Source: Mesotaenium endlicherianum (lineage: Eukaryota). From it: 39,805 nt of DNA. The translations under genes and the position numbers were made by a program. Each line of letters begins with the position of its first letter. The stretch's first letter is position 1. The notes beneath the pieces were generated by a model, which was not told the origin of the DNA, made no database searches, and was given only the letters and a program-made list of their open reading frames with translations. Location of the stretch: assembly GCA_009602735.1 (NCBI GenBank), contig WELA01000930.1, positions 62,001-101,805 on the forward strand, written 5' to 3'. Shown one piece after another: positions 19,436 through 29,200 of the stretch.

Positions 19436-21538
19436 ACCAACTCCATACTATCCACCCCCATCGAATTCCTCAAAGGCGTAGGTCCTTTGCGTGCCGATAT
19501 GTTGAAGAAAGAACTCAACATTTATACCTTCGGCGACCTGCTGGAACATTATCCGCACCGGCATATCGATAAGACGAAGCTGAGCAAGGTCGGTGAGATC
19601 AATCTTCACACAGAATTCATACAGGTGGCAGGTAAACTGGTGCATACAGAAATAATAGGTGAACGAAGGGCTAAAAGACTGGTAGCGCAATTGAAAGATG
19701 ATACAGGTGTGCTGGAACTGGCCTGGTTCCAGGGCATCAACTGGGTGCAGAAAAGTCTTACGCCGGGCATGTCATACCTGGTGTTCGGTCGCACCGGTTT
19801 TTTCAACGGAAGACCGCAGATCGTGCACCCGGAAATAGAGCCTTATGTACCTGCACAGGCAAAGGGCAAAGCATTTCTCGAACCGGTATATCCCGCTACA
19901 GAAAAATTAAAAGCACGCGGACTCAACGGCAGGCAATTGGGCAAGCTTACCTACCAGTTGCTGACGCAGATCAGACCGGAAGACCTGCCCGAAAATATTC
20001 CCGATGCCATCAGCACATCGCTCAAACTGATGCCGCGTTACGAAGCCATCCGCGCCATTCATTTTCCCGCCGATCCTATGCAATACCAGCAGGCTTTGCA
20101 TCGACTCAAATTCGAAGAGTTGTTCATGGCGCAGGTTCGGTTGAACCTGGTGCGCATACAACGGCACAGGGCCAGTAAAGGGGTGGTGTTTGAAAAAGTA
20201 GGTGATTACTTCAATGCATTTTACAATCAATATTTGCCATTTGAATTAACGGGTGCACAAAAAAGAGTGCTGCGGGAGATACGCACCGATACGGCGCGCG
20301 GACATCAGATGAACAGGTTGTTGCAGGGAGATGTGGGTAGTGGAAAAACCATGGTGGCGTTGTTGAGTATGCTGCTGGCAGCCGATAACAGTTACCAGAG
20401 TTGTATGATGGCGCCCACGGAGATTTTAGCGCAGCAGCATTATACCGGGCTCAGTGAATTGCTCAAGGAAATGCCTGTTGAAATAGCATTGCTTACCGGC
20501 AGCACCAAGGCGGCCAAACGTAAAAAAATATTAAAGGGTCTGCGGGAAGATACCATCCATTTTGTAGTAGGCACACATGCGGTGATTGAAGACACCGTGC
20601 AGTTTAAAAACCTGGGACTCGTTATCGTTGACGAACAGCACCGTTTCGGTGTTGCGCAGCGGGCAAAATTATGGGAGAAAGCAGCGGTCCCTCCGCATGT
20701 GCTGGTGATGACCGCTACCCCCATACCCAGGACCCTGGCAATGACGGCTTATGGCGATCTCGATTACAGTGTGATGGATGAGTTACCGCCAGGCAGGCAG
20801 CCGGTGACAACGGTACACCGGTCGGAGATGGCGCGGGCCAATGTGATGGATTTTGTAAAAACAGAGATCACCAAAGGCAGGCAGGCTTATTTTATTTACC
20901 CGCTGATAGAAGAAAGTGAAAAGCTGAGTTATGAAGACCTGATGCAGGGATACGAGCAGGTAAAAAGCTTTTTTCCCGAGCCAGCTTACCGGATCAGTAT
21001 GGTGCATGGCCGGCAGCCGCAGGAGCAAAAAGATACCAATATGCAACGTTTTGTGAGTGGCGATACACAGATCATGGTAAGTACTACGGTGATAGAGGTA
21101 GGGGTGAACGTGCCCAATGCCACTGTGATGGTGATAGAGAGCGCTGAAAAATTCGGGCTTTCCCAACTGCACCAGTTGCGGGGAAGGGTGGGACGAGGCA
21201 GTGAGAAAAGTTTTTGCATATTATTAACAGGATCCCGGGCCAGCAAAGAAGCCCGGGAACGTATCAAGATTATGTGCGCCACGAATGACGGGTTCAGGAT
21301 CGCGGAGAAGGACCTGGAGTTGCGCGGACCGGGCGATATAGAAGGCACGAGGCAGAGCGGGGCGTTGAATTTCAAGGTGGCCAGTATTGTGAATGACAAG
21401 GAGTTGCTGGAAAAAGCGAGGGCAGCGGCGGAAAAATTATGTGAAGAAGATAATGAGCTAAAGATGGCAAAGAATTTGATACTCAAAGCCTATTTGCAAT
21501 CCCAACCTCAGAAGAATGGTTGGGGCAAGATATCCTGA
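19427..21538 (+). CDS. recG: ATP-dependent DNA helicase RecG (start uncertain, probably non-AUG)
   Basis: QGDVGSGKT, DEQH, TATPIPR and QLRGRVGRG. The conserved N-terminal PIEFLKGVGP lies upstream of TTG 19487. In-frame TAA at 19421; CTG at 19427 or ATA at 19445 are the plausible starts. Confidence 0.93.
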   Translation: MTTTNSILSTPIEFLKGVGPLRADMLKKELNIYTFGDLLEHYPHRHIDKTKLSKVGEINLHTEFIQVAGKLVHTEIIGERRAKRLVAQLKDDTGVLELAWFQGINWVQKSLTPGMSYLVFGRTGFFNGRPQIVHPEIEPYVPAQAKGKAFLEPVYPATEKLKARGLNGRQLGKLTYQLLTQIRPEDLPENIPDAISTSLKLMPRYEAIRAIHFPADPMQYQQALHRLKFEELFMAQVRLNLVRIQRHRASKGVVFEKVGDYFNAFYNQYLPFELTGAQKRVLREIRTDTARGHQMNRLLQGDVGSGKTMVALLSMLLAADNSYQSCMMAPTEILAQQHYTGLSELLKEMPVEIALLTGSTKAAKRKKILKGLREDTIHFVVGTHAVIEDTVQFKNLGLVIVDEQHRFGVAQRAKLWEKAAVPPHVLVMTATPIPRTLAMTAYGDLDYSVMDELPPGRQPVTTVHRSEMARANVMDFVKTEITKGRQAYFIYPLIEESEKLSYEDLMQGYEQVKSFFPEPAYRISMVHGRQPQEQKDTNMQRFVSGDTQIMVSTTVIEVGVNVPNATVMVIESAEKFGLSQLHQLRGRVGRGSEKSFCILLTGSRASKEARERIKIMCATNDGFRIAEKDLELRGPGDIEGTRQSGALNFKVASIVNDKELLEKARAAAEKLCEEDNELKMAKNLILKAYLQSQPQKNGWGKIS

Positions 21539-21616
21539 AGGTCCGCTCATAATAAACCTAGTGCAAAGCATCTGAATCACGTATATATGTCGTAACTTTT
21601 AAATAAAATAAGGTTG

Positions 21617-24600
21617 ATGTCGGGAAGAACAATAGCAAGGATATTGGTATTGATGCTGATCAGTGTATATGGCTCGGCGCAGGGTTATCTTGAATTCGTT
21701 GAAAATAAGGGGCAGTGGGAGCCTTCCATTAAATATAAGGGCGAGATGAGCACCGGTGCTTTCGCCTTGCAAGCTACCGGTTACAGGGTGCTGCTGCATA
21801 AGGGGGCCGATCTGGAGAGTCTCACCGAAAAAATACATGGGCATGGACCCAGTTATTCATCTGGTAGTACTTCTGGTGGCTCAGGCGGTGGCTCAGGTCG
21901 TGAACATGCCGATCAACCTGCCCAGACTCAAACCAATGCTGCTACAGAACATCCGGTAAATATAGGTGGGGCAGGACCGGATCGTGACAACGATCAGCCT
22001 CTTATACTACACTCGCATGCTTATCAAGTGCGTTTCCTCAATGCGAATGAACATGCGCAGGTCATTCCTGAAAAACCCCTGCCAGGTAAGGTTAATTATT
22101 TGATAGGCAGGGATTCTACCCAATGGGCTTCGGGATGCGCTTCTTACCAGGCCATCACTTATAAAAATATTTATCCGAACATAGATATCCGTTATTATAC
22201 GGCCAGTGGTGTATTGAAATACGACCTCATTGTGCATCCCGGCGGCGATATATCCAATGTGGCCATGTATTATGAAGGCGCCAACGGCTTGCGCGTGAAA
22301 GACGGTAGGCTGATGGTGAAAACCGCCGTGGAAGAAGTGCAGGAATTTCCTCCCTATAGTTACCAGTTACTGAACAACGAGCGTACGGAAGTGCCCTGCA
22401 GCTATGAAGTGAAAGGAAACATCGTACGCTTCCGCATCAACGGCGCCTATTCTAAAACCGCTACCCTGGTGATAGATCCTTCATTCGTTTTTTCTTCCTT
22501 CTCGGGAAGTACGGCGAGTAACTGGGGTTATACCGCTACATACGACGGACAGGGAAATTTTTATGGAGGAGGTATTGTTTTCAGTGGCAATGGAAAATTC
22601 CCCACCAGCAATGGCGCTTTCCAAACTACATTCCAGGGAGGAGTGAATACCGGCGAAGGCGGCGGCTTTGACATCGGTATCATCAAATTAGACCCCCTTG
22701 GTACTAACCGCATATATGCTACTTACCTGGGAGGTGCTGCTGGCAACGAACAGCCGCACAGTCTTTTTGTAGATCCCGCCGGTAATCTGGTGGTGGCAGG
22801 GCGCTCCAATTCAAGCGACTACCCGGTAAAGGGTGCGTTAAAAACTTATGGCCCCGGAGGAGGATGGGATATTGTTGTAACCAAACTCAACCAGAATGGA
22901 ACAGACTTGGTGGCATCGGTTAAAATAGGCGGCCTGCAGGACGATGGCGTGAATATCAAACCCAAATATTCCGGTACACCCGGTGCGCAATCCATCAACC
23001 GGAATTATGGTGATGATGCGCGCAGTGAAGTGATCATTGATGCCGCCGGCAGTATTTATGTAGCTTCCTGTACACAGTCAGATAGTTTTCCTACCACACC
23101 AGGCGCTTTTCAATCTGCTTCAGGAGGCAATCTCGGAAATCACCAGGATGGTGTGGTGCTCAAACTCAAATCCGATCTTTCCGGCGTTATTTTCTCCACC
23201 AGGATCGGAGGCAGTAACGACGATGCAGCATTTGTACTGGCCATCAGTCCGCTTACCGGAGATCTGTATGTGGGTGGCACTACCGCCAGTAACGATTTTC
23301 CGGGCGATAAAACCGGCACCATTTCAAGCAGTTTCAACCAGGGTATCTGCGATGGCTTTGTGGCAAGGTTCCATAACGACGGTACGTTTGTGAAGAGTAC
23401 TTATATCGGTACATCGGGCAATGACATGCTCTATGGTATCCAGTTCGATAAATTCGGTTTCCCTTATGTCATGGGCACTACCACCGGCTCCTGGCCCATC
23501 AAGAAGCCTGCGAATGCCGGCAACTTTTTCATGCAAACCAACGGCAAGCAATACATCAGCAAGCTGATGCCCGATTTATCGGACTTTGTATATTCAACTG
23601 TATTCGGCACCAATACTACTTATCCCAATATCTCGCCTGTGGCTTTCCTGGTGGATCGTTGCGAAAACGTGTATATGTCGGGATGGGGTGGAGGTATCGA
23701 TTCGCACAACAATAATTTTCCGAATGCTACTACCGTAGGGTTGCCTGTCGTCGGTGGCGGACAAACCATCACCGATGGTGCGGATTTTTATTTCTTTGTA
23801 CTGGAACGTGATGCCAAATCGCAGCTCTTTGGCAGTTTCTTCGGACAACAAGGAGGTGCCACCGGTGAACATGTAGATGGAGGTACCAGTCGCTTCGACC
23901 GCAACGGGATCATTTACCAGGCTATCTGTGCCAACTGTGGCGGCGGTGCGCGTTTCCCCACTACCAGCGGTGTATGGGCTCCTAACAATGGTGCCGCACC
24001 ATCGGGCTGTAACCTGGCCATGGTAAAAATTGCTTTCAATCTTGCCGGCGTGGAAGCCGGTATACAGGCTTCTGTCAATGGCAGGATCAGGGATACTACC
24101 GGCTGTGTGCCACTTACCGCAGATTTTCGCGATACACTGGCGATGGGTAAAAACTATATATGGGATTTTGGCGATGGTACGCCACCGGTAACTACCAGCG
24201 CTCCCAATACTTCACATATATTCAATCTTGTAGGTAATTACCGGGTGAAGCTTATTGCTGTTGATTCTTCGTCCTGTAACCTGGCAGACAGCTCTTTTGT
24301 AACCATGCGGGTACGGAGTGATGAAGTGAAAATGTCTTTCACCAACCGCAAACTGCCGCCCTGTACTTCGCTTCAATACGAATTCAACAACACGTCCGTA
24401 GCGCCTCCCGGCAAACCATTGCAGAACCAGAGTTTCCTGTGGATGTTCGGAGACAGTACCACGCAATATGCAGGCACAGGTAAAGTGGTACATAGTTATA
24501 AAGCACCCGGTACCTACACCATCAAACTGGTATTGGTTGATACCACTTATTGTAATTACGATGATACGATATCCGTGCAGATCAGGATTGCCGATAACCT

Positions 24601-25366
24601 GAAGGTACAGTTTACCACACCTGCAGCGGGCTGTGCGCCTTATACTGCTGTGTTTGATAATACATCATTGGGCGGACAACAATTCAACTGGAATTTTGGC
24701 GATGGTACCACGTCAACGCAAACCAATCCCATCCACTTGTACAACAATGTAGGCAGTTACCTGGTGAAGCTGACAGCAGTGGACAGCAACACTTGTAATA
24801 TGCAAGACTCCACTTTCTTCACTATTACTGTGAACCCCAAACCACAGGCAGGTTTCAGTTATTCACCGGAGCCTACTTTGCCGAACACGCCTGTTGTGTT
24901 CACCAACAGTTCATTGGCAGCTACCCGTTATAAATGGATATTCGACGACGGAGATACACTGGCTACGCGGCGAAAAGATACCACTGTATCACACCTATAC
25001 AATTATTCTGGCAAGTTCAATACCTGTCTTGTTGCATACAATGCTGCGGGATGTACAGATACTACCTGCCAGCTCATTTCCATTACCATTATACCGGGAA
25101 TGGATGTGCCTAATGCTTTCACGCCCAACGGCGATGGTGTCAACGACCGGATCTATGTGAGAGGTTTCGGCATTGCTAAAATGATATGGCGTATTTACAA
25201 TCGATGGGGTGTATTGGTATATGTGGGAACATATAAGGATGAAGGTTGGGATGGCACTTACAAAGGTGTATTGCAACCACAGGAAGTATACCATTACACA
25301 TTGCTGGTTGAATTTGCCGATGGAACCAAAGCCACCAAGAAAGGAGATATTACTTTACTCAGATAA
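21617..25366 (+). CDS. T9SS type-B cargo surface protein: SBBP-like repeats, PKD domains, gliding-motility C-terminal domain
   Basis: FVENKGQW N-terminal domain, FPTT.GAFQ repeats, four WDFGDG-like PKD motifs and PNAFTPNGDGVND...YNRWG...WDG...KGDITLLR C-terminus. Confidence 0.9.
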   Translation: MSGRTIARILVLMLISVYGSAQGYLEFVENKGQWEPSIKYKGEMSTGAFALQATGYRVLLHKGADLESLTEKIHGHGPSYSSGSTSGGSGGGSGREHADQPAQTQTNAATEHPVNIGGAGPDRDNDQPLILHSHAYQVRFLNANEHAQVIPEKPLPGKVNYLIGRDSTQWASGCASYQAITYKNIYPNIDIRYYTASGVLKYDLIVHPGGDISNVAMYYEGANGLRVKDGRLMVKTAVEEVQEFPPYSYQLLNNERTEVPCSYEVKGNIVRFRINGAYSKTATLVIDPSFVFSSFSGSTASNWGYTATYDGQGNFYGGGIVFSGNGKFPTSNGAFQTTFQGGVNTGEGGGFDIGIIKLDPLGTNRIYATYLGGAAGNEQPHSLFVDPAGNLVVAGRSNSSDYPVKGALKTYGPGGGWDIVVTKLNQNGTDLVASVKIGGLQDDGVNIKPKYSGTPGAQSINRNYGDDARSEVIIDAAGSIYVASCTQSDSFPTTPGAFQSASGGNLGNHQDGVVLKLKSDLSGVIFSTRIGGSNDDAAFVLAISPLTGDLYVGGTTASNDFPGDKTGTISSSFNQGICDGFVARFHNDGTFVKSTYIGTSGNDMLYGIQFDKFGFPYVMGTTTGSWPIKKPANAGNFFMQTNGKQYISKLMPDLSDFVYSTVFGTNTTYPNISPVAFLVDRCENVYMSGWGGGIDSHNNNFPNATTVGLPVVGGGQTITDGADFYFFVLERDAKSQLFGSFFGQQGGATGEHVDGGTSRFDRNGIIYQAICANCGGGARFPTTSGVWAPNNGAAPSGCNLAMVKIAFNLAGVEAGIQASVNGRIRDTTGCVPLTADFRDTLAMGKNYIWDFGDGTPPVTTSAPNTSHIFNLVGNYRVKLIAVDSSSCNLADSSFVTMRVRSDEVKMSFTNRKLPPCTSLQYEFNNTSVAPPGKPLQNQSFLWMFGDSTTQYAGTGKVVHSYKAPGTYTIKLVLVDTTYCNYDDTISVQIRIADNLKVQFTTPAAGCAPYTAVFDNTSLGGQQFNWNFGDGTTSTQTNPIHLYNNVGSYLVKLTAVDSNTCNMQDSTFFTITVNPKPQAGFSYSPEPTLPNTPVVFTNSSLAATRYKWIFDDGDTLATRRKDTTVSHLYNYSGKFNTCLVAYNAAGCTDTTCQLISITIIPGMDVPNAFTPNGDGVNDRIYVRGFGIAKMIWRIYNRWGVLVYVGTYKDEGWDGTYKGVLQPQEVYHYTLLVEFADGTKATKKGDITLLR

Positions 25367-25374
25367 AAGGAGAT

Positions 25375-26397
25375 ATGCGGAAATTGATTAAAATAACGGG
25401 ATGTTGTGTGGCGCTGCTGACCGGCTCGATGGCCAGGGCGCAGAGCCTGCATTTTTCGCAATATTTCAATACGCCTTTGCTCATCAATCCGGCCAACACG
25501 GGTTTCAATCCTGATTATGATTATCGCGTGGGAGTCAATTACCGCAACCAGTGGGCATCGGTGGGCAATCCTTATAAGACCATGAGCGCCTGGGGTGATG
25601 TGAAAGTATTCCGCGACCGGTTCGAAAGCGGCTGGATGGGTATCGGTGGCTCATTGATGAAAGATGTGGCAGGCAGCGGCAACCTGAGCGCTACACATGC
25701 TACTGCTACCATTGCTTATCACCAGATGCTGGGTTATAACAGTTTGTTGAGTGGAGGCTTTGGATTGGCTTATGTGAACAAACGGGTGGATGTAAACAAG
25801 CTCACTTTCGATAACCAGTGGAACGGAAAATTTTTTGATGTCACGATTCCTTCCAATGAACCATTTACAAATACCAGTGTGTCATACCTCGATTTGCAAA
25901 TGGGACTCAATTATGCCTATTTCGCGTCTGATAATTTTTATTTCAATGCCGGAGTAAGCATCATGCACATCAACACACCAAGAGAAAGTTTTTTCGACCC
26001 TACTGTTTCCAACGCTACGCTTTCAAGGCGTTATACCGGGTTCGTGAATGCCAGCATCAAATTGCAGGATTTGTGGATCGTGAATCCGAACGTATATGTA
26101 AGCAAGATGGGTACGGCCTGGGAAGCGGTGCTGGGCTTCAATGCCAACAGAAACCTCAGTGGCGATGGAGAAAAACAAATGGTATTCGGACTCTACTACC
26201 GCAACAACGACGCCATCATTCCCATGCTGGGTTATGAAGTGAATGACCTCAAGGTTATTGCCAGTTACGATGCTACGATTTCCTCTCTCCGTAATCTCAA
26301 CGGGGGCAGAGGAGCGTATGAAATATCACTTATTAAAAGCGGTGTATTCAACTCCTCTGCCGGAAGGTCTGTGAAATGCCCTACTGTGCGGTTTTAG
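25375..26397 (+). CDS. PorP/SprF family type IX secretion membrane protein
   Basis: HFSQYFNTPLLINPANTG, NYRNQW and SYD motifs. Directly follows a type-B CTD cargo. Confidence 0.92.
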   Translation: MRKLIKITGCCVALLTGSMARAQSLHFSQYFNTPLLINPANTGFNPDYDYRVGVNYRNQWASVGNPYKTMSAWGDVKVFRDRFESGWMGIGGSLMKDVAGSGNLSATHATATIAYHQMLGYNSLLSGGFGLAYVNKRVDVNKLTFDNQWNGKFFDVTIPSNEPFTNTSVSYLDLQMGLNYAYFASDNFYFNAGVSIMHINTPRESFFDPTVSNATLSRRYTGFVNASIKLQDLWIVNPNVYVSKMGTAWEAVLGFNANRNLSGDGEKQMVFGLYYRNNDAIIPMLGYEVNDLKVIASYDATISSLRNLNGGRGAYEISLIKSGVFNSSAGRSVKCPTVRF

Positions 26398-26587
26398 TAT
26401 TCCTGTATTTTAATACTTGAATCCAGTCAGGATAACATTTCAAGGAATTTATCATTTTTTCTGTCCGATCGATAAATCGTTCCACTTCTTTTTCTGTCCA
26501 CTCTCGCCTCAAATACACTACGATCTTATTAAAGCTATTTTTCGCGCTCGGTGTCCATTGTACATCTTGCACTACTTCTTCAATCAT
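26381..26587 (-). pseudogene. RelE/ParE-family toxin, C-terminally truncated
   Basis: WTPSAKNSFNKIVVYLRREWTEKEVERFIDR...SLKCYPD is the N-terminal half of RelE/ParE. Only 68 aa, with the tail running into the sprF end. ATGA overlap with the upstream antitoxin. Confidence 0.65.
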
Positions 26588-26817
26588 CTCCTGTATTTTT
26601 TCATAACCTCATCATGTGGAGTCATTTTGCCGGCCTTCATTTCTGCCAATGATTTATCTATCGCATGTTGCTGCTCTTCACCGATTTCATCCCACCAGTC
26701 CTTTTGCTCATCCATAAAGCTTTTCACCACTGTCAAGATGGTTTTTTTCTGCCTCTCATTCAATCTGGGAAGGTAACGGGTGATTTCCTGGTCAATGCTC
26801 TTTGCTACTGAACTCAT
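26584..26817 (-). CDS. putative addiction-module antitoxin
   Basis: 77 aa with DWWDEI.EEQQ.AI.KSL.E..AGK..PHDEVMKKY C-terminus. Own -7 box TAAATTTG (26834-26841, minus strand). Coupled to the toxin ORF. Confidence 0.75.
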   Translation of the reverse strand: MSSVAKSIDQEITRYLPRLNERQKKTILTVVKSFMDEQKDWWDEIGEEQQHAIDKSLAEMKAGKMTPHDEVMKKYRR

Positions 26818-26900
26818 GACTATATTGTTTCTACAAATTTAATCTTTAAAAAACTGTTATCCAAGTGAGTTGGCAGACTTTGCAAATTGGTTTTTCAGTA

Positions 26901-26974
26901 ATGAGATAGGGAGACTTTCTAAAAGTGATAGTATCATATGATACTATCACAAATAAGAAGCTCCCATATATCAT
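26901..26974. repeat. long hairpin with perfect 26-bp central palindrome
   Basis: GTGATAGTATCAT|ATGATACTATCAC at 26925-26950. Imperfect outer arms ATGAGATAGGGAG and CTCCCATATATCAT. Confidence 0.8.
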
Positions 26975-26976
26975 TT

Positions 26977-27762
26977 TTACACCGATGCAGTGCCTTCCCC
27001 ATCACTGCTGATGCTGAAATCTTCTTTGTCGAGGTATTTCTGGTATTTCTCATTCACTTCTTTTGGCTGTTCCTTGCCGTTGATGATGAGCTTTTTGTTC
27101 CTGATCTCTATTTTGTAGCCTTTCTTTTTATCGATGAGGCCATCTTTTTCCAGTTGATTGGTAAAGGCTTTCAACTCTGCCAGTTCTTTTTTTGCTTTCT
27201 CTATACCCAGCCTCGCTTTAGAAAGACCTTCAGTTACTTCACGACTGATCTTATCGGCATCAATATGCACCGCGAGTTTCTGCGATTTGAGGTCTTCCTG
27301 CGCTTTGTTCAGTTCCTGCTGGATCTTTTTCATATCCACTTCCTGCAAACGTACCTGTGCTTCGTGCATGGCTTTGTCTATTTCTGCCTTGGTTTGCTGT
27401 AAGTTGATCTGTTTCAGTGATGCCTGCACTTCTTTGCTGATCTTTTCATAATCGATCTTGTTTACCTGGTCCATGGCTTCTTTGAGCTCTTTCTGCATTT
27501 TGGAAAAATCGATCTTGAGGTTCTTGTCCAGGTCAACCATGGCTTTATCTAATTCAGTCATGGCTTTGTCGAGATCGGCCTGGTTGTAATCGCGGTTGTT
27601 AAAATGACTTTTTTTCCGGGGCAGGGAAGTGTCGCCTGATGAGGAAACTTCGTAAAAATACGCCGGCATTACCAGTTCGGGCAATGTCCAGGAGCTGAGC
27701 ATCACTACACCCAGCGCTAAGCCGCCTAATAATGGCCAATGAATGGGTTTTGATTGTTTCAT
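26977..27762 (-). CDS. exported coiled-coil protein resembling the C-terminal tail of Bacteroidota BlaR1/M56 proteins
   Basis: N-terminal hydrophobic segment, long K/E/Q-rich helical region and C-terminal LEKDGLIDKKKGYKIEI.N..L.INGKEQP.EV..KY. Confidence 0.65.
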   Translation of the reverse strand: MKQSKPIHWPLLGGLALGVVMLSSWTLPELVMPAYFYEVSSSGDTSLPRKKSHFNNRDYNQADLDKAMTELDKAMVDLDKNLKIDFSKMQKELKEAMDQVNKIDYEKISKEVQASLKQINLQQTKAEIDKAMHEAQVRLQEVDMKKIQQELNKAQEDLKSQKLAVHIDADKISREVTEGLSKARLGIEKAKKELAELKAFTNQLEKDGLIDKKKGYKIEIRNKKLIINGKEQPKEVNEKYQKYLDKEDFSISSDGEGTASV

Positions 27763-27782
27763 ACAATAGTGTTTATTTGATA

Positions 27783-27821
27783 GACGAATTATTTCGTAGT
27801 AAATGTACGATGATATTCGTA
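27783..27821 (-). promoter_or_regulatory. twin 5-6-5 palindromic operators (G/T)ACGA-N6-TCGTA flanking a -7-like box
   Basis: GACGAATTATTTCGTA (27783-27798) and TACGATGATATTCGTA (27806-27821). Minus-strand TACATTTA at 27800-27807. Confidence 0.65.
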
Positions 27822-27910
27822 TTGTTGACTACCACTTATCATATTAGAGATTTTTTAACAATTGAATTTTTTGATTTAATATCTATCTTGCACACGCTCA
27901 ATACTTATTT

Positions 27911-29200
27911 ATGAAATACCTGCCACTGAAACCTGCTATTTTTATACATAACCGGGAAAGATTTACCAAGCAATTATTGCCTAACAGTATTGCCATTTTT
28001 GTGAGTAACGACGAATGGCCCTCCAATGGGGACGCCCTGCACCGTTTCAAGCAGAACAGCGACCTTTTCTGGCTTTCGGGTATCGAGCAGGAAGATTCCA
28101 TGGTGATCCTGTATCCCGATAATCCCGATCCCAAATACCGCGAAGTGTTGGTACTGGTTCGTCCGAATGAACTCAAGGAAAAATGGGATGGCAAGCGCTT
28201 ACGCGCCGCGGAAGCCACTGCTGTTTCGGGCATTTCTACTGTATTGTGGGTAGACAGCCTGGATGCGTTATTGCAAACATGGATACACCTGGCCGATCAT
28301 ATTTATCTCGACAGCAACGAGAACGACCGCAAAGCATCCCTCATCAGGAGCCGCGATTACCGTTTCATCGATGAAATGAAATCGCGTTATCCTTTGCACC
28401 AATTCCATCGCGCAGCAAAAATCATGAAAGAGCTGCGCGCTGTTAAAACAAAAGAAGAAGTAGAAGTATTACAAAAAGCCATCGATATCACCGATACCAC
28501 TTTCCGCAGATTACTCAAATTCATTCATCCGGGTGTGATGGAATACGAGATCGAAGCGGAGATATGGCACAGCTTCCTCAGTAACCGCGCTACCGGCCCC
28601 GCTTACAGCAGCATCATTGCCAGTGGCGACCGAGCCCGCACGCTGCATTATGTGAGTAACGACCAGGAATGCAAAGACGGAGAATTGATACTGATGGATT
28701 TTGGCGCTGAATACGGCGGCTATTGTGCCGATCTCACGCGTACGATTCCGGTGAACGGTAAATTCACCAAGCGGCAGAAAACAGTGTACAACGCCTGTTT
28801 GAACATACACAATTATTGCAAGACCATTTTAAAGCCGGGCATCTCGGTGGTGGATTACACAGAAAAAGTAGGAGAGAAAGCCACGCAGGAATTTTTGAAG
28901 ATCGGTTTGTTGCATAAAAGCGACCTCAAAAACGAAGACGCCGAGAACCGTGCTTACCGCAAATACCTCTACCACGGCATTTCACACCACCTGGGTATCG
29001 ACGTGCACGACCTCGGCACCCGCACAGCTCCGCTTAAAGCCGGCATGTTGCTCACCATCGAGCCGGGCATTTATATTGAAGAGGAGCAGATGGGCGTTCG
29101 TATCGAAAACAATGTATGGCTCACGAAGACAGGCAATACAGACCTCATGAAAAATATTCCGATCACGGCGGAAGACATAGAAGCATTGATGAAAAAATGA
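27911..29200 (+). CDS. pepP: Xaa-Pro aminopeptidase (M24B)
   Basis: FKQNSDLFWLSG, LHY, DFGAE..GY.ADLTRT, HGISHHLGIDVHD, TIEPGIY and GVRIEN. Confidence 0.9.
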   Translation: MKYLPLKPAIFIHNRERFTKQLLPNSIAIFVSNDEWPSNGDALHRFKQNSDLFWLSGIEQEDSMVILYPDNPDPKYREVLVLVRPNELKEKWDGKRLRAAEATAVSGISTVLWVDSLDALLQTWIHLADHIYLDSNENDRKASLIRSRDYRFIDEMKSRYPLHQFHRAAKIMKELRAVKTKEEVEVLQKAIDITDTTFRRLLKFIHPGVMEYEIEAEIWHSFLSNRATGPAYSSIIASGDRARTLHYVSNDQECKDGELILMDFGAEYGGYCADLTRTIPVNGKFTKRQKTVYNACLNIHNYCKTILKPGISVVDYTEKVGEKATQEFLKIGLLHKSDLKNEDAENRAYRKYLYHGISHHLGIDVHDLGTRTAPLKAGMLLTIEPGIYIEEEQMGVRIENNVWLTKTGNTDLMKNIPITAEDIEALMKK

